From Candidatus Poribacteria bacterium (GTDB taxonomy: Bacteria; Poribacteria; WGA-4E; WGA-3G): a stretch of 64,000 nt of DNA. Numbering within the stretch: the first letter of the stretch is position 1; every line of letters begins with the position of its first letter. Location: positions 832,001-896,000 of the forward strand of contig CAXXLX010000001.1 in NCBI GenBank assembly GCA_963665235.2, read 5' to 3'. A program made the translations under genes and the position numbers. This document shows positions 40,223-49,687 of this stretch, piece after piece. Under the pieces are notes generated by a model. That model did not search any database. It saw only the letters and a list, made by a program, of their open reading frames with translations, and was not told where the DNA came from.

Positions 40223-41809
40223 TTATACGGTTTGCAAGCTGCTTATAGAAAGCAACCAGGGTTCATCTACCAAAGCACGCAGAAAAATCCCGCGTGCGCC
40301 GTTCAAATCTCTGTCCATCTTGAGTCCTGTGCTATCTTTGATAACTTTAGCGCCACCTAAGTTTTTGACAATCTCGCCTGTCCAAGACACAGTTTTTGAC
40401 GTGTAAGCCTCGCAGACATCCAGCACAAGACATCCAGTTTCTTTTGCTTTATGCTTAAGGAACTGTTTGAAACGGTAATGGGAGAGAGTCAACATTTGGC
40501 GGACTGTTCTTTTATGGAGTTTGCGTCCACTTTTACAAGTCTTATGAGAAGTCTCAAAAGTGGGGAGTAAGATAATATCAAAGTTATCGACAAGCCACCG
40601 TGCGACTTTCTTATGCAACTCATCCACAAGGTTTCTAATCCGTTTTCTGATACGATTTGCGGCACGTCTCATGTTCTTCTTTGCCTGTTGCTTAGTTGCT
40701 TTAGAGGCACGGGATAATAGGTCGTCAAGATATGAACAAAGTCGTTGAATACGATTAATTGCATGGTGTCCGAGCCAGCCGAACCCATGCTCATGAAAAT
40801 ATGTGAGGAATGTCCTAACACCGGGGTCAAGTGCGACGACACGTCCGTTTGGTTTTCGCTTCTGTGTCGTCACACTATAACTGACACACAAATAGTAGTG
40901 TGTGCCCTCTTTGACTAAGCGCGAGTCTTTGATATTTTCAGGGAGACGCTCACTGAGCCTAAGTTTTCCTAACTTTGTGTGATATACGCCATTTTCAGAT
41001 ATGGCAGCTTTGGGTATAAAGATACTATCTGAAGGCGTTCGTTTAGATTTAAATGAAACAGATTGAAACTGTCCCGTTTTCTGACATTTCTGCTTTGCTG
41101 CGCGAACAGCAAGGCAAGCATCCCGAATAGCAACTGACTTAATTTGATATGGAACAGGTTTAGCCCAATCGGGTAAATCGTCAAGGATACCTGTCTTAAT
41201 CGCTATCCAGTTCGCTTGGGTGTCCGTGTTGTTCAACAAAGCAACCGTTTTGTTGTAGGTCCAACGCGCTGTGCCTATCCATTGACGCAGCGTCTCACGC
41301 TGTTCGGTTGTCGGATAAACTCTTATCTTCTTTGATTTGGTCACGGTAACTTCGGAGACCATGCAGTCTGCAACTGAAGACATGCAGGATGGCGAGAAGA
41401 TCCGACGTGAGCTCTTCTTCTGGACTGTGTTCTGTTTGGTCAAGAACCACGAGTTCGCCACCGTTTTGTTCAACGAGGTATCGTATAAGGTCGATACCGA
41501 ACCGGGCGAGACGGTCCCGATGGGCAATAATAACTTCGAGCTTATCACCTTGCATAAGCCGGTCCAGTAAGGCTTTAAGTCCTTTTCTTTTGAAGTTAAG
41601 ACCACTTCCGATGTCTCTGATGATTTCTGCTTCGGGGTAGATACTTCGCATATAAGCGACTTGGCGTTCAAGGGCATCTCTTTGGTTTGGGCTGGACACC
41701 CGACAATAGCAAACAGTGGTAACTGATTTTGATTTGCTTTTGATGTATCCGTCAACATCGTAGCGTCTGTGTCCGCCTCCAGTGCGGATAATATCAATCT
41801 TTCCTTCAT
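40223..41809 (-). CDS. tnpB: IS607 TnpB RNA-guided nuclease (Fanzor2-like clade); start uncertain
   Basis: SKKIRVYPT, ALDPGVRTF, LPTFET, EAYTSKT and MDRDLNGARGI motifs. Confidence 0.9.
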   Translation of the reverse strand: MKERLILSALEADTDATMLTDTSKANQNQLPLFAIVGCPAQTKEMPLNAKSLICEVSTPKQKSSETSEVVLTSKEKDLKPYWTGLCKVISSKLLLPIGTVSPGSVSTLYDTSLNKTVANSWFLTKQNTVQKKSSRRIFSPSCMSSVADCMVSEVTVTKSKKIRVYPTTEQRETLRQWIGTARWTYNKTVALLNNTDTQANWIAIKTGILDDLPDWAKPVPYQIKSVAIRDACLAVRAAKQKCQKTGQFQSVSFKSKRTPSDSIFIPKAAISENGVYHTKLGKLRLSERLPENIKDSRLVKEGTHYYLCVSYSVTTQKRKPNGRVVALDPGVRTFLTYFHEHGFGWLGHHAINRIQRLCSYLDDLLSRASKATKQQAKKNMRRAANRIRKRIRNLVDELHKKVARWLVDNFDIILLPTFETSHKTCKSGRKLHKRTVRQMLTLSHYRFKQFLKHKAKETGCLVLDVCEAYTSKTVSWTGEIVKNLGGAKVIKDSTGLKMDRDLNGARGIFLRALVDEPWLLSISSLQTV

Positions 41810-41882
41810 TTGCTAATCTCCGTAAGTAGTCCGGGGTATAATCCAGTATTTCACTCGCTTTTTTTGCTGATACATAAACCAT
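41295..41882 (-). CDS. tnpA: IS607 TnpA serine recombinase/transposase
   Basis: MerR-like HTH (RTGGGHRRY), YCRVSS, GSGLNFKRKGL and DRLARFG motifs. Confidence 0.93.
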   Translation of the reverse strand: MVYVSAKKASEILDYTPDYLRRLANEGKIDIIRTGGGHRRYDVDGYIKSKSKSVTTVCYCRVSSPNQRDALERQVAYMRSIYPEAEIIRDIGSGLNFKRKGLKALLDRLMQGDKLEVIIAHRDRLARFGIDLIRYLVEQNGGELVVLDQTEHSPEEELTSDLLAILHVFSCRLHGLRSYRDQIKEDKSLSDNRTA

Positions 41883-41888
41883 AGATAT

Positions 41889-41917
41889 AGTATAACACAT
41901 TTTTACGGAAATGTCAA
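41889..41917 (-). promoter_or_regulatory. Sigma70 promoter of tnpA, probably giving a leaderless transcript
   Basis: TTGACA-N17-TATACT ending about 7 nt before the ATG. Confidence 0.65.
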
Positions 41918-42114
41918 GAAAAACATAGGTTTTTTGCTACTGTTAATCAACCTTCGGTTCACCGACTTGGCTCTTACCGTCCCAATATGCAACACGGCTA
42001 TGACTTTAATAGAGCCCCACGGACTTATGTCCCAAATCTAACATGCAAACCCACTAGACAGGAAATAGTATAGCACTTTTGACAGATATTGTCAAGAAAA
42101 AAAACGCTCACAAT

Positions 42115-42328
42115 CAGGGCCATTTAGTTTTACAAATTTACTTTGCAGATGTGGATATATTCCTCTGTAGGAGCGTGCTTCGCACGCGATACATTATATC
42201 ACGGACTTTCACGGAAAAATCCCAGTATTTGGGAAACCAGCGCGCCTTCCTATCGCGAGCACAGCTCGCTCCTACATAAGAGGGATGTTGAAAAAACGAC
42301 CAAAAATATCGAGAACTAAATCACCCTG
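42115..42328. mobile_element. 214-bp CAGGG-MITE carrying an inverted REP-A doublet
   Basis: TIR CAGGGCCATTTAGTT / AACTAAATCACCCTG; 10-bp TSD CGCTCACAAT; REP-A at about 42166 (+) and 42253 (-). Confidence 0.88.
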
Positions 42329-42371
42329 CGCTCACAATGTCCTTAATAGCAAAACTCTAATGGATACAGCA

Positions 42372-43172
42372 CTAGGCAGTTTTCGCTAAATCCTCCACGC
42401 TTAACGCGCCTTCACCGAATACGCGCCGAAAGGCTGAGCCGCGGTGAGAACGTGTGTCGCCATGCATATAGCAGACACTAAAAGCGCGCCGCGGAATGTC
42501 TGTCTGGTTCGTTCCGGAACTGTGCAGCAACCAATTATGTAGTAAAACGACTTCGCCTGCTTCCAATTCCAGGGGCAGCGCGGTAGAATTCGCAACAATA
42601 TCGTCTATCTGTTCCTGTGTCAGGAATCCTGAGCCGTGCGATGGATTGATAAGGCTGCTGTGCGAACCGGGGATAATATGCACGCATCCATTCTCAATTG
42701 TTGCCGGGTCTAAAGCGGTATAGATGGTAATTTGTGGGTCGCGGTCAAGGTCTGTCCATCTATCTTGATGCCAGACGAGATAGGTGCCCTCGCGTGCCGG
42801 TTTGTTCATAAACATGGCTCGGAAACACAATATCGGTACACCGTCCCCATAGATTTTTGCACATACCTCCCTGAAAGTCGGTTTCTGGAGATATGCCAAA
42901 AAGTATTCATCCAGCTCGAGGTTCTGGATTTTTCGGTACAACAACGTTGCCCCTTTATGTCCGGCTGACTGGGGGCCGGGCGAATTTTTGCCGGGGGCTC
43001 TGTCAAGTTGCATCATAATTTTGTTATAATCCAGCGGTGCCTTGCCGAGCATGATGTCATCCATTCGCTGCTGAAGTTGTGCGAATTCGGCATCAGTGGC
43101 CACCTGTCCGATGCGAACGTAACCGTTTTCCCAAAAATGTTCCCACTGTTCATCTGTTATATGTTGTTCCAT
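42372..43172 (-). CDS. Phytanoyl-CoA dioxygenase (PhyH) family protein
   Basis: WHQD, NGC..IIPGSH and WLLHSS motifs. Confidence 0.9.
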   Translation of the reverse strand: MEQHITDEQWEHFWENGYVRIGQVATDAEFAQLQQRMDDIMLGKAPLDYNKIMMQLDRAPGKNSPGPQSAGHKGATLLYRKIQNLELDEYFLAYLQKPTFREVCAKIYGDGVPILCFRAMFMNKPAREGTYLVWHQDRWTDLDRDPQITIYTALDPATIENGCVHIIPGSHSSLINPSHGSGFLTQEQIDDIVANSTALPLELEAGEVVLLHNWLLHSSGTNQTDIPRRAFSVCYMHGDTRSHRGSAFRRVFGEGALSVEDLAKTA

Positions 43173-43402
43173 CCCTTTTCTCCGATGTAGTTCTTGGATT
43201 TCAACTGCTATTTGCAAAATTAGCACAGACCTGACACAGCTAGCGGGGCATGTGCAGCATTGCACTATTTTATATAATAGCATAAACGTCCGAAAATTGC
43301 AAAAAATAATTTGGTTATTAACGCAGATTTTGTTAAGGAATAGGAAAGTGTCCTCCGTAACGCGGCTTTATCTTGCAAATTTTTAGTTTTTTCAGAAAAT
43401 AG

Positions 43403-43433
43403 TGCAACCTTGTATCACATAAGATGCGTCTAA
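43403..43433 (+). promoter_or_regulatory. Putative ECF-sigma promoter (TGCAACC...TGCGTCT); same motif at 57157..57184
   Basis: Motif shared upstream of both ECF sigma genes. Confidence 0.55.
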
Positions 43434-43469
43434 TTAATCACACGGATAATATAATTCCGGAGGATGCTT

Positions 43470-46400
43470 ATGAAAAACAAAAAAGATGCTGTTTTGCTAC
43501 AACAAAGAACTAATCCAGCGGACATTAGATGGCGATGAAACGGCATTTACTGCCTTAGTCGAAAAATACCAAAAAGGGGTCCACGCCCTCGTGTGGAAAA
43601 AGATTGGCGATTTTCATATCGCACAAGAGATTACGCAAGACACCTTTCTCAGGGCTTACCAGAAACTCAACACCCTGAGAAACCGGACCCTGTTTTCCAG
43701 TTGGCTTTATGTTATCGCCACTCGCTTGTGCCATGAGTGGGGCAGAAAAAAACGTCTGCTGATGGAACCCTTGAATACTCACAATACCAAGGAGGTTGAG
43801 CAGGTGGCATACAACCAATACCTAGCGGAACAACGTGCAGCAGATGCCGATGAGACTCGGCGTGAACTTGTTAAGAAGCTGCTCAAAAAACTGCCAGAAA
43901 GCGAACGCACTGTGATGACGCTCCATTACCTTGGGGAAATGACGTGTGAAGCGATAAGTGAATTTCTCGGAACATCGCCGAACACGGTGAAGAGCCGACT
44001 CCATCGTGCACGCGAACGACTAAAAAAGGAGGAATCTGTGATACACGAAAACCTTAGCAGTTTCAAACTGCCACCGCAATTGATAGAGAATATCATGAAG
44101 AAAATTTCACACCTCAAACCTGTACCCCCTTCAGGGAGTAAACCTGTGGTGCCGTTAGCGGTTTCCGCTGCGTCAGCCATTTTAGTGCTGCTATTGATAG
44201 GGGTCGGTATGCAACACCTACTCCGTTTTCAGCAACCGTATAGCTTCAACGCAACATCGGAACCGACAATTGAAATTGTAGAGACGCAACTCGTCATCGA
44301 CACACCGGCGAAACCCGCGATGCGTACACAGGTCGGCCGGTCGGATGTCTCCGGTAAGGGTAGCGGGGCGGGAAAAAGGTCAGATGTTCCGCTATTCGCG
44401 GCGGCACTCTCCGATGAAGAGGCGACTTCAAAGCCGAAACGGCACTGGGTTCAAACAAAGGGACCAGAAGGGGGTGTAATCAATAGGCTTTTCTCAACAA
44501 CTCGCGGTGATATTTATGCGGGTACATCCACCACATTATATAAACTGGCGGACAACGGAAATTCTTGGAAACTTGTTCGCACTGAAACTGCTACTACCTC
44601 AATAAACCTGTGGAATTGGGCCATGCCAAGTGGTGGCAAACCGATAGTGGAACGCGGGGACACGCTCTACCTCGCCACAGATACAGAGGTCCTGACATCT
44701 ACTGATAGCGGTGAAACTTGGACATCACTCGGAACGCATCCAAAAGGCTACCCTTCGGGAATTGTGGTAACAGACCGTGCTCTTTACCTTGCCCTTATGA
44801 AGGATATGCTCAAGTCGGATGCTACGCTTTCTGAGGGAATATTCCGATCTGAGGATGCTGGCAAATCATGGAAGCCGCTAAAGGACAGTCCTCTTGTAGG
44901 TAGGACAATTCGTGCCATTGCTGCTATTGAAAATACCGTGTTTGTTGGCACCGATGATGGCCTTTACCGCCTCAACGCAGAAGGGTGGAAAAAATTAACC
45001 GTTGGTCAGACAGATTTTGCCGCTGATCAGACAGATGTTAAGGGCGGAAAAATCACTATTCCCTCCTTGGCTGTTGCTGAAAACCGCCTCTACGTCGTAG
45101 CAGGGAAAAAAATCACGAATCAGAAATCTGTCACGACAAGCGACTCATGGTGGTCAGTTTACCGCTCCTCTGATTTAGGTGAATCATGGGAAAATATAGA
45201 GCCTAGGGAAGAAAAATCGAAAGGTGGATTGTCGGTTACGTTTCCGATGTTAGGTAAAAATTCAACACACGAGAATATTCCTTATATGGATATCAAGCTC
45301 GTTGCGGAAAATGAGAAGGTTATCCTTATTATAGATGTTGAGAAGATTTTCTATTCAACGGATACCGGCGAGACCTGGAAAGCCTTAGATATAGCGGGTA
45401 GTTCAAAGTTCAATACCGCGTTTCCTATGCTGATAAAGGATGCAAAAACCTTCTACAGAGGCAGCCAATCGGGTATTTATCGTACAACCGATGGCGGTGA
45501 ATCGTGGCATCCATTTAATACCGGAATTGCAAGCGCGGCCGTTATAAATTTAATCGCGGTTAGTGGCAAACTCTATGGGAGAACAAATGATGGATTTGTA
45601 ACTTCAACGGATGGCGGTGAATCGTGGGAGCCGTTCCGTGTTGATGTTCCAATATCTTCTATGGCTGAATTCAACAATGCGCTCTACTTGAAAGAACTCA
45701 GATAAGATACTCACTATCTTCCGCTTGTCCACGGACAATAATGAACTTACGCCCATTCTCGATATGCCCCAGCTGGGTGAAATCAATAAAGGCAGTCCAT
45801 TAAATTTAGACGTGTTTTCGGATAAGGGCAGGAAAAATATTAAGCAAGGAGCAACCTCCGAGCCGGTAGATGTTGATTTTGACAAATTCAGTAAAGAAGC
45901 AATTAAGGTGTTCCAGGAGCAACAGGAGCAAATGGCAACTGCACTTATACCACTTTTTGGAAGCTTCGCAGTTAGCAGTAATACCTACTATGTGGAATAT
46001 GGGCAGAAACTTTTCAGATGGAAATCCGGGACGACCGAATGGTACAACACAGGGTTAATAGATGAAACTGAAATTGTGTTTCCATTTAATATTGTTGGTC
46101 CTTTTGGCTATCCGACAGACCTTTCCACCTTAATGGAATTTCAAAATTCTCTCGGTTTCAAACTTGCGGTGTCCGGGAAGACTATTTATGTCGGCAGGCG
46201 GGATGGACATATCTTCCAATCGTTTGATGAGGGGAACACTTGGAACGATGTCACGGCAAATTTACCCTTTTCTGTTAAGCAGTTCTACACAATTGACTTC
46301 GCAGGGGCGACCGTTTACGTCGCAACGGACAAAGGGGTTGTGTATTCAAAAACCGATGGCACCGATTGGCATACGACTACCGATGCAGAAGGCGCACCGA

Positions 46401-46672
46401 TTGGCATTAAACAGCTTACGGTGGATGGCACAACGGTATATGGCGTAGGGCTCTATGGCGTAGAAGGGCAGCATGTGTATCAATTGAAGGAAAACTCAGA
46501 GACGTGGGAACAGATTACCCCGGAAATTCCTTCACCAATTGCCTCGCTTGTCGTTATGGATAACACGGTTTACGTTGGAACGCTTGCTCATAGTGTGCTT
46601 CGGTTCACACTTGACGAAAAAAACCAAAGAATGCCACACGCGCATTCAAAATCAAAAAAAGGAGATGGATAA
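43470..46672 (+). pseudogene. ECF sigma factor with TM helix and BNR beta-propeller extension; frameshifted near 45690-45720
   Basis: ORFs 43486..45705 and 45725..46672 together align end to end with the intact paralog 57223..60309. Confidence 0.75.
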
Positions 46673-46673
46673 G

Positions 46674-47444
46674 ATGTTTAAGGAACTTCTCACTAATAAA
46701 TGGATACTTGGCGGATTCGGTTGTCTACTGATTTTCGCTACCGGGTGCTTTTTGTGGCTTCAAAACGAACTGGCGAATATTCGACAGCAAGAGACACAAC
46801 ACAACGTTGAAATCCAGCAGCTGAAGGAATCACCGGCTGAAGAACTACCAACAGAACAAACCGCCACCGCGCAACCGACCACATCGGTGAAAAAGAACGT
46901 TGTCTCCGAAGACACTGCTGACGAGACCACCGATACCATGGGTGCAGGACAATCTAGTACACAAACCGATGCTGATACACTGCTAGAGAGCTCTCCAAAG
47001 GAAATTGCTGATGGGGAAGAGCAGGCACCAGAAACCCTCTCCGCTGAAGAACTCAGGAAACAGGAGGGAGCGAAGAGGTTTAAGGCAATTTTTGCAGAGC
47101 TAAATGCATTGAGTGAAACACAGGGAGGACACTTAGACCATGCCAGCAGTCCTGAAGCAAAGCAGGAGGCACAAAGTCTCATGCTGGAAATGTTCAATTT
47201 AATAGAGGAAGGGGCAGAAGATGTCCCGCCAGCCCTACGTTTCTTCATGAATCTCATGCGGGGGGCATTCACGCTCACGAACGCGAAAGGGGAAATCATT
47301 GTCTCCGAATATGCCAAAATGGCGGAGGACATGGAAGCCGCAGGTATGGGGAACATGGCACACGGTATACGCCTCATCACACAGCAGGCAATTGAACGGG
47401 GTGACGAGGTGATTAAACCGGAGGATATAGGGCATCCCAAATAA
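46674..47444 (+). CDS. Hypothetical single-TM protein
   Basis: RBS and N-terminal TM (NKWILGG...). Confidence 0.65.
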   Translation: MFKELLTNKWILGGFGCLLIFATGCFLWLQNELANIRQQETQHNVEIQQLKESPAEELPTEQTATAQPTTSVKKNVVSEDTADETTDTMGAGQSSTQTDADTLLESSPKEIADGEEQAPETLSAEELRKQEGAKRFKAIFAELNALSETQGGHLDHASSPEAKQEAQSLMLEMFNLIEEGAEDVPPALRFFMNLMRGAFTLTNAKGEIIVSEYAKMAEDMEAAGMGNMAHGIRLITQQAIERGDEVIKPEDIGHPK

Positions 47445-47614
47445 GGTCCAAGTCTGCTACAAGAGTGCTCGTAGTAGGGTGATTTATCACCCGTTCAGTC
47501 AGAGGAGTGGGCTGGTTGCCCGAATATTGGAGTGAAACCCCGCTCCTCAATTACCGATTTAAAAATTAATCTTCATTTTCTTTGCTTCAAAAATTGTTTG
47601 CATGTGTCGGATAC

Positions 47615-47797
47615 CTAAGTGTTACTATCAAGGATACGAGCTTGTGTATCCCCGTACCTTGAATCAACTGAAGGTGTACAGATGGATTCCAAGTACGGAT
47701 AAACATGTTGATTTCGGTAGTCGTGGACTATCTGGGTAGCAACGTCGTGATTGACATCAATAGCGAGAACGTGCGGAGTTCCCTCGTCGTTTTGCAT
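47615..47797 (-). pseudogene. Short or truncated ORF
   Basis: RBS GAGGAG; ends just before a duplicated fragment of the 48555 gene start. Confidence 0.4.
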
Positions 47798-47798
47798 A

Positions 47799-48149
47799 TT
47801 AACGGTCTCCTCTAATATGTTCTATTACGAGTGCAATCGTACGCAGTTCAATATCAATCAACGTGAGACCGGCAGGCGTTTGCTCTCGTACTTCCTGCAT
47901 AGCGCGTTCTTGGTCCACTATGCCAATGCCTATCATAGCCATTTTAAAATCGGGCTGGTACGCAATGCGTTTTTCTACCAATTCTGCTTCTTGTCCGGCA
48001 GGTACCAACTGTTCAGGCAAACTTTCAGGTGAAAGCGTGACTATTTTTTGGTCCGTAAATTCTCGTAAACTTAGCCAACGTCCATCGGGGGTTATGGATA
48101 CAGGCATTTCCCACTGTTCCTTGGGAACTATAGGGGTTTTATCTGCCAT
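47799..48149 (-). CDS. Hypothetical protein
   Basis: Strong RBS AGGAGG; clean ORF. Confidence 0.65.
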   Translation of the reverse strand: MADKTPIVPKEQWEMPVSITPDGRWLSLREFTDQKIVTLSPESLPEQLVPAGQEAELVEKRIAYQPDFKMAMIGIGIVDQERAMQEVREQTPAGLTLIDIELRTIALVIEHIRGDR

Positions 48150-48330
48150 GATTTCCTCCTTTAAAATTTTCTAAAAGAAATTATACAGAATTTTTCTAAT
48201 TAAAACAACGAAAAATTATGAAAAGGCGAGACATGAAACCCCGCCTTATAGCTAGCCCCCATAAAAAAGAGGTGTGATAGCATTCGGCAGAAAGCCTACT
48301 AACCATCACACCTTAGATTGTGTTTGTGTA

Positions 48331-48555
48331 TTATACGGGTAGGGCGCGCGCTTTTCCCGTAACTTTCACAATCACAGGAAATCCCTCATAAGTGGGCTCG
48401 TCTTTGAATTGCTGCGCGATGAGGCAATCCGCAGTCTCCACATAAACCCGCAAGGCATCAGCATTTTCATGAAGACCAATGCCGACTCCTACAAAACCTT
48501 CTTCAGACAAGTAACGGGCTGCGAAGTGTTTCTTCGCTTCAAAAATTGTTTGCAT
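48331..48555 (-). CDS. Small protein resembling the N-terminal domain of the adjacent protease
   Basis: GVGIG...LRVYV...GFPV compared with GWGIG...LRVYI...GLPI in 48567..49493. Confidence 0.65.
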   Translation of the reverse strand: MQTIFEAKKHFAARYLSEEGFVGVGIGLHENADALRVYVETADCLIAQQFKDEPTYEGFPVIVKVTGKARALPV

Positions 48556-48566
48556 GTGTCTACTCC

Positions 48567-49493
48567 TTATTCTCCAACAACGGTTACGCCGTAGTAATCA
48601 AGAACCAAATCTATATGATTCGCAATGGTGAGTCCAGAATCATTCCCAGCAAAGAGCAAGCCAACGGGCTTAAGCCAATCTTTATTTACAATGAGTGAAC
48701 CGGAATCTCCAGAGGCTGAAAAAGGATTCACGTCAATACTCTCGACTACAATTTGATTTTCAAAAAATGCGGACTGACTTCCAAAACCCACCCGTAAATC
48801 TAAACTAATATCTGTGATAACACCAACCGTATGTCCTGTCGTTCTACCGGACTTCCGGACAGTTTCTCCAAGCGAGGCAGAGTAAGTGCGGGATCTCGGA
48901 ACGCCGATGTCAATAATTTCCGGGCTGACGAGCGTTTGGTTGGCATCTCCAACTAGTGCTATGGCGGCATCAATATCGTTGGGCTCCCCCGAAAAATCAA
49001 TTTCGCGGTACGGTTCAAGCGTGGCAATGTTATCCTCTGGAGACGTGCCTCCATCTTCTGTCCCGGGGTGGATTACCGGATCACCTGGAGTTGCGTTATT
49101 ACTGTCGGCCAATACATGGTTATTGCTCAGGATGTAATGGTTCTGCTCTTTCTCAACTAAGCACCCAAGCGTCCCTGCGCCAATGTTCGGATGTCCAACA
49201 GAAACACCACAGAGAACCGGACAATGTCGATCCTGGTTTTGAAAAGCGGTAATTTGACCAACTTCAATGAACTCAATTGGTAGGCCGAACTCTTCTTCAA
49301 TAGTTGGTTCCGGGAATTCTCGGATATAAACACGAAGGACGTTTTCATCAGGCTGAAGTACTTCATCTACGACTTTTGCTCCGATGCCCCAACCGATAAT
49401 ATTCCTTGCACTTGGATCAGCGTCTGAAGGGGTAATGCGGCGGAAATATACTGAGGCTCTATCTTTCGCTTCGCGTTGAATCGAGTTAAGCAT
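48567..49493 (-). CDS. Trypsin-like serine protease (Nal1-like)
   Basis: GTLGC, LSNNHV, DAAIA, KSGRTTG and GDSGS catalytic-triad motifs. Confidence 0.85.
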   Translation of the reverse strand: MLNSIQREAKDRASVYFRRITPSDADPSARNIIGWGIGAKVVDEVLQPDENVLRVYIREFPEPTIEEEFGLPIEFIEVGQITAFQNQDRHCPVLCGVSVGHPNIGAGTLGCLVEKEQNHYILSNNHVLADSNNATPGDPVIHPGTEDGGTSPEDNIATLEPYREIDFSGEPNDIDAAIALVGDANQTLVSPEIIDIGVPRSRTYSASLGETVRKSGRTTGHTVGVITDISLDLRVGFGSQSAFFENQIVVESIDVNPFSASGDSGSLIVNKDWLKPVGLLFAGNDSGLTIANHIDLVLDYYGVTVVGE

Positions 49494-49687
49494 GTAAATC
49501 TCCTCTTGTTGGCTTTTTAAAGCCTACTAATGATTATACAGAATTTTTCCAATTAAAACAACAAAAAATTTAAAACATTAATTTACGAAAAGGCGAGGCA
49601 GAAAACCCCGCCTATAAACAAATAACAACCTTAAAACCTCCACCTGCCAAAGCAGATTGGAAACGTAAGAGGTAAAGACGTAAAGAT

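Larger units (their letters stand above)
40149..41952 (-). mobile_element. IS607-family insertion sequence (tnpA + tnpB)
   Basis: Serine-recombinase TnpA and TnpB; GG dinucleotide at both inferred junctions (GAA-GG|TTGATTAAC ... ATATCATC-GG|AATAGATTATG). Confidence 0.85.

Noticed and set aside
45680-45725. Programmed frameshift in the ECF gene
   Set aside because: No clear slippery heptamer and the paralog is continuous; mutation or sequencing error is more likely.
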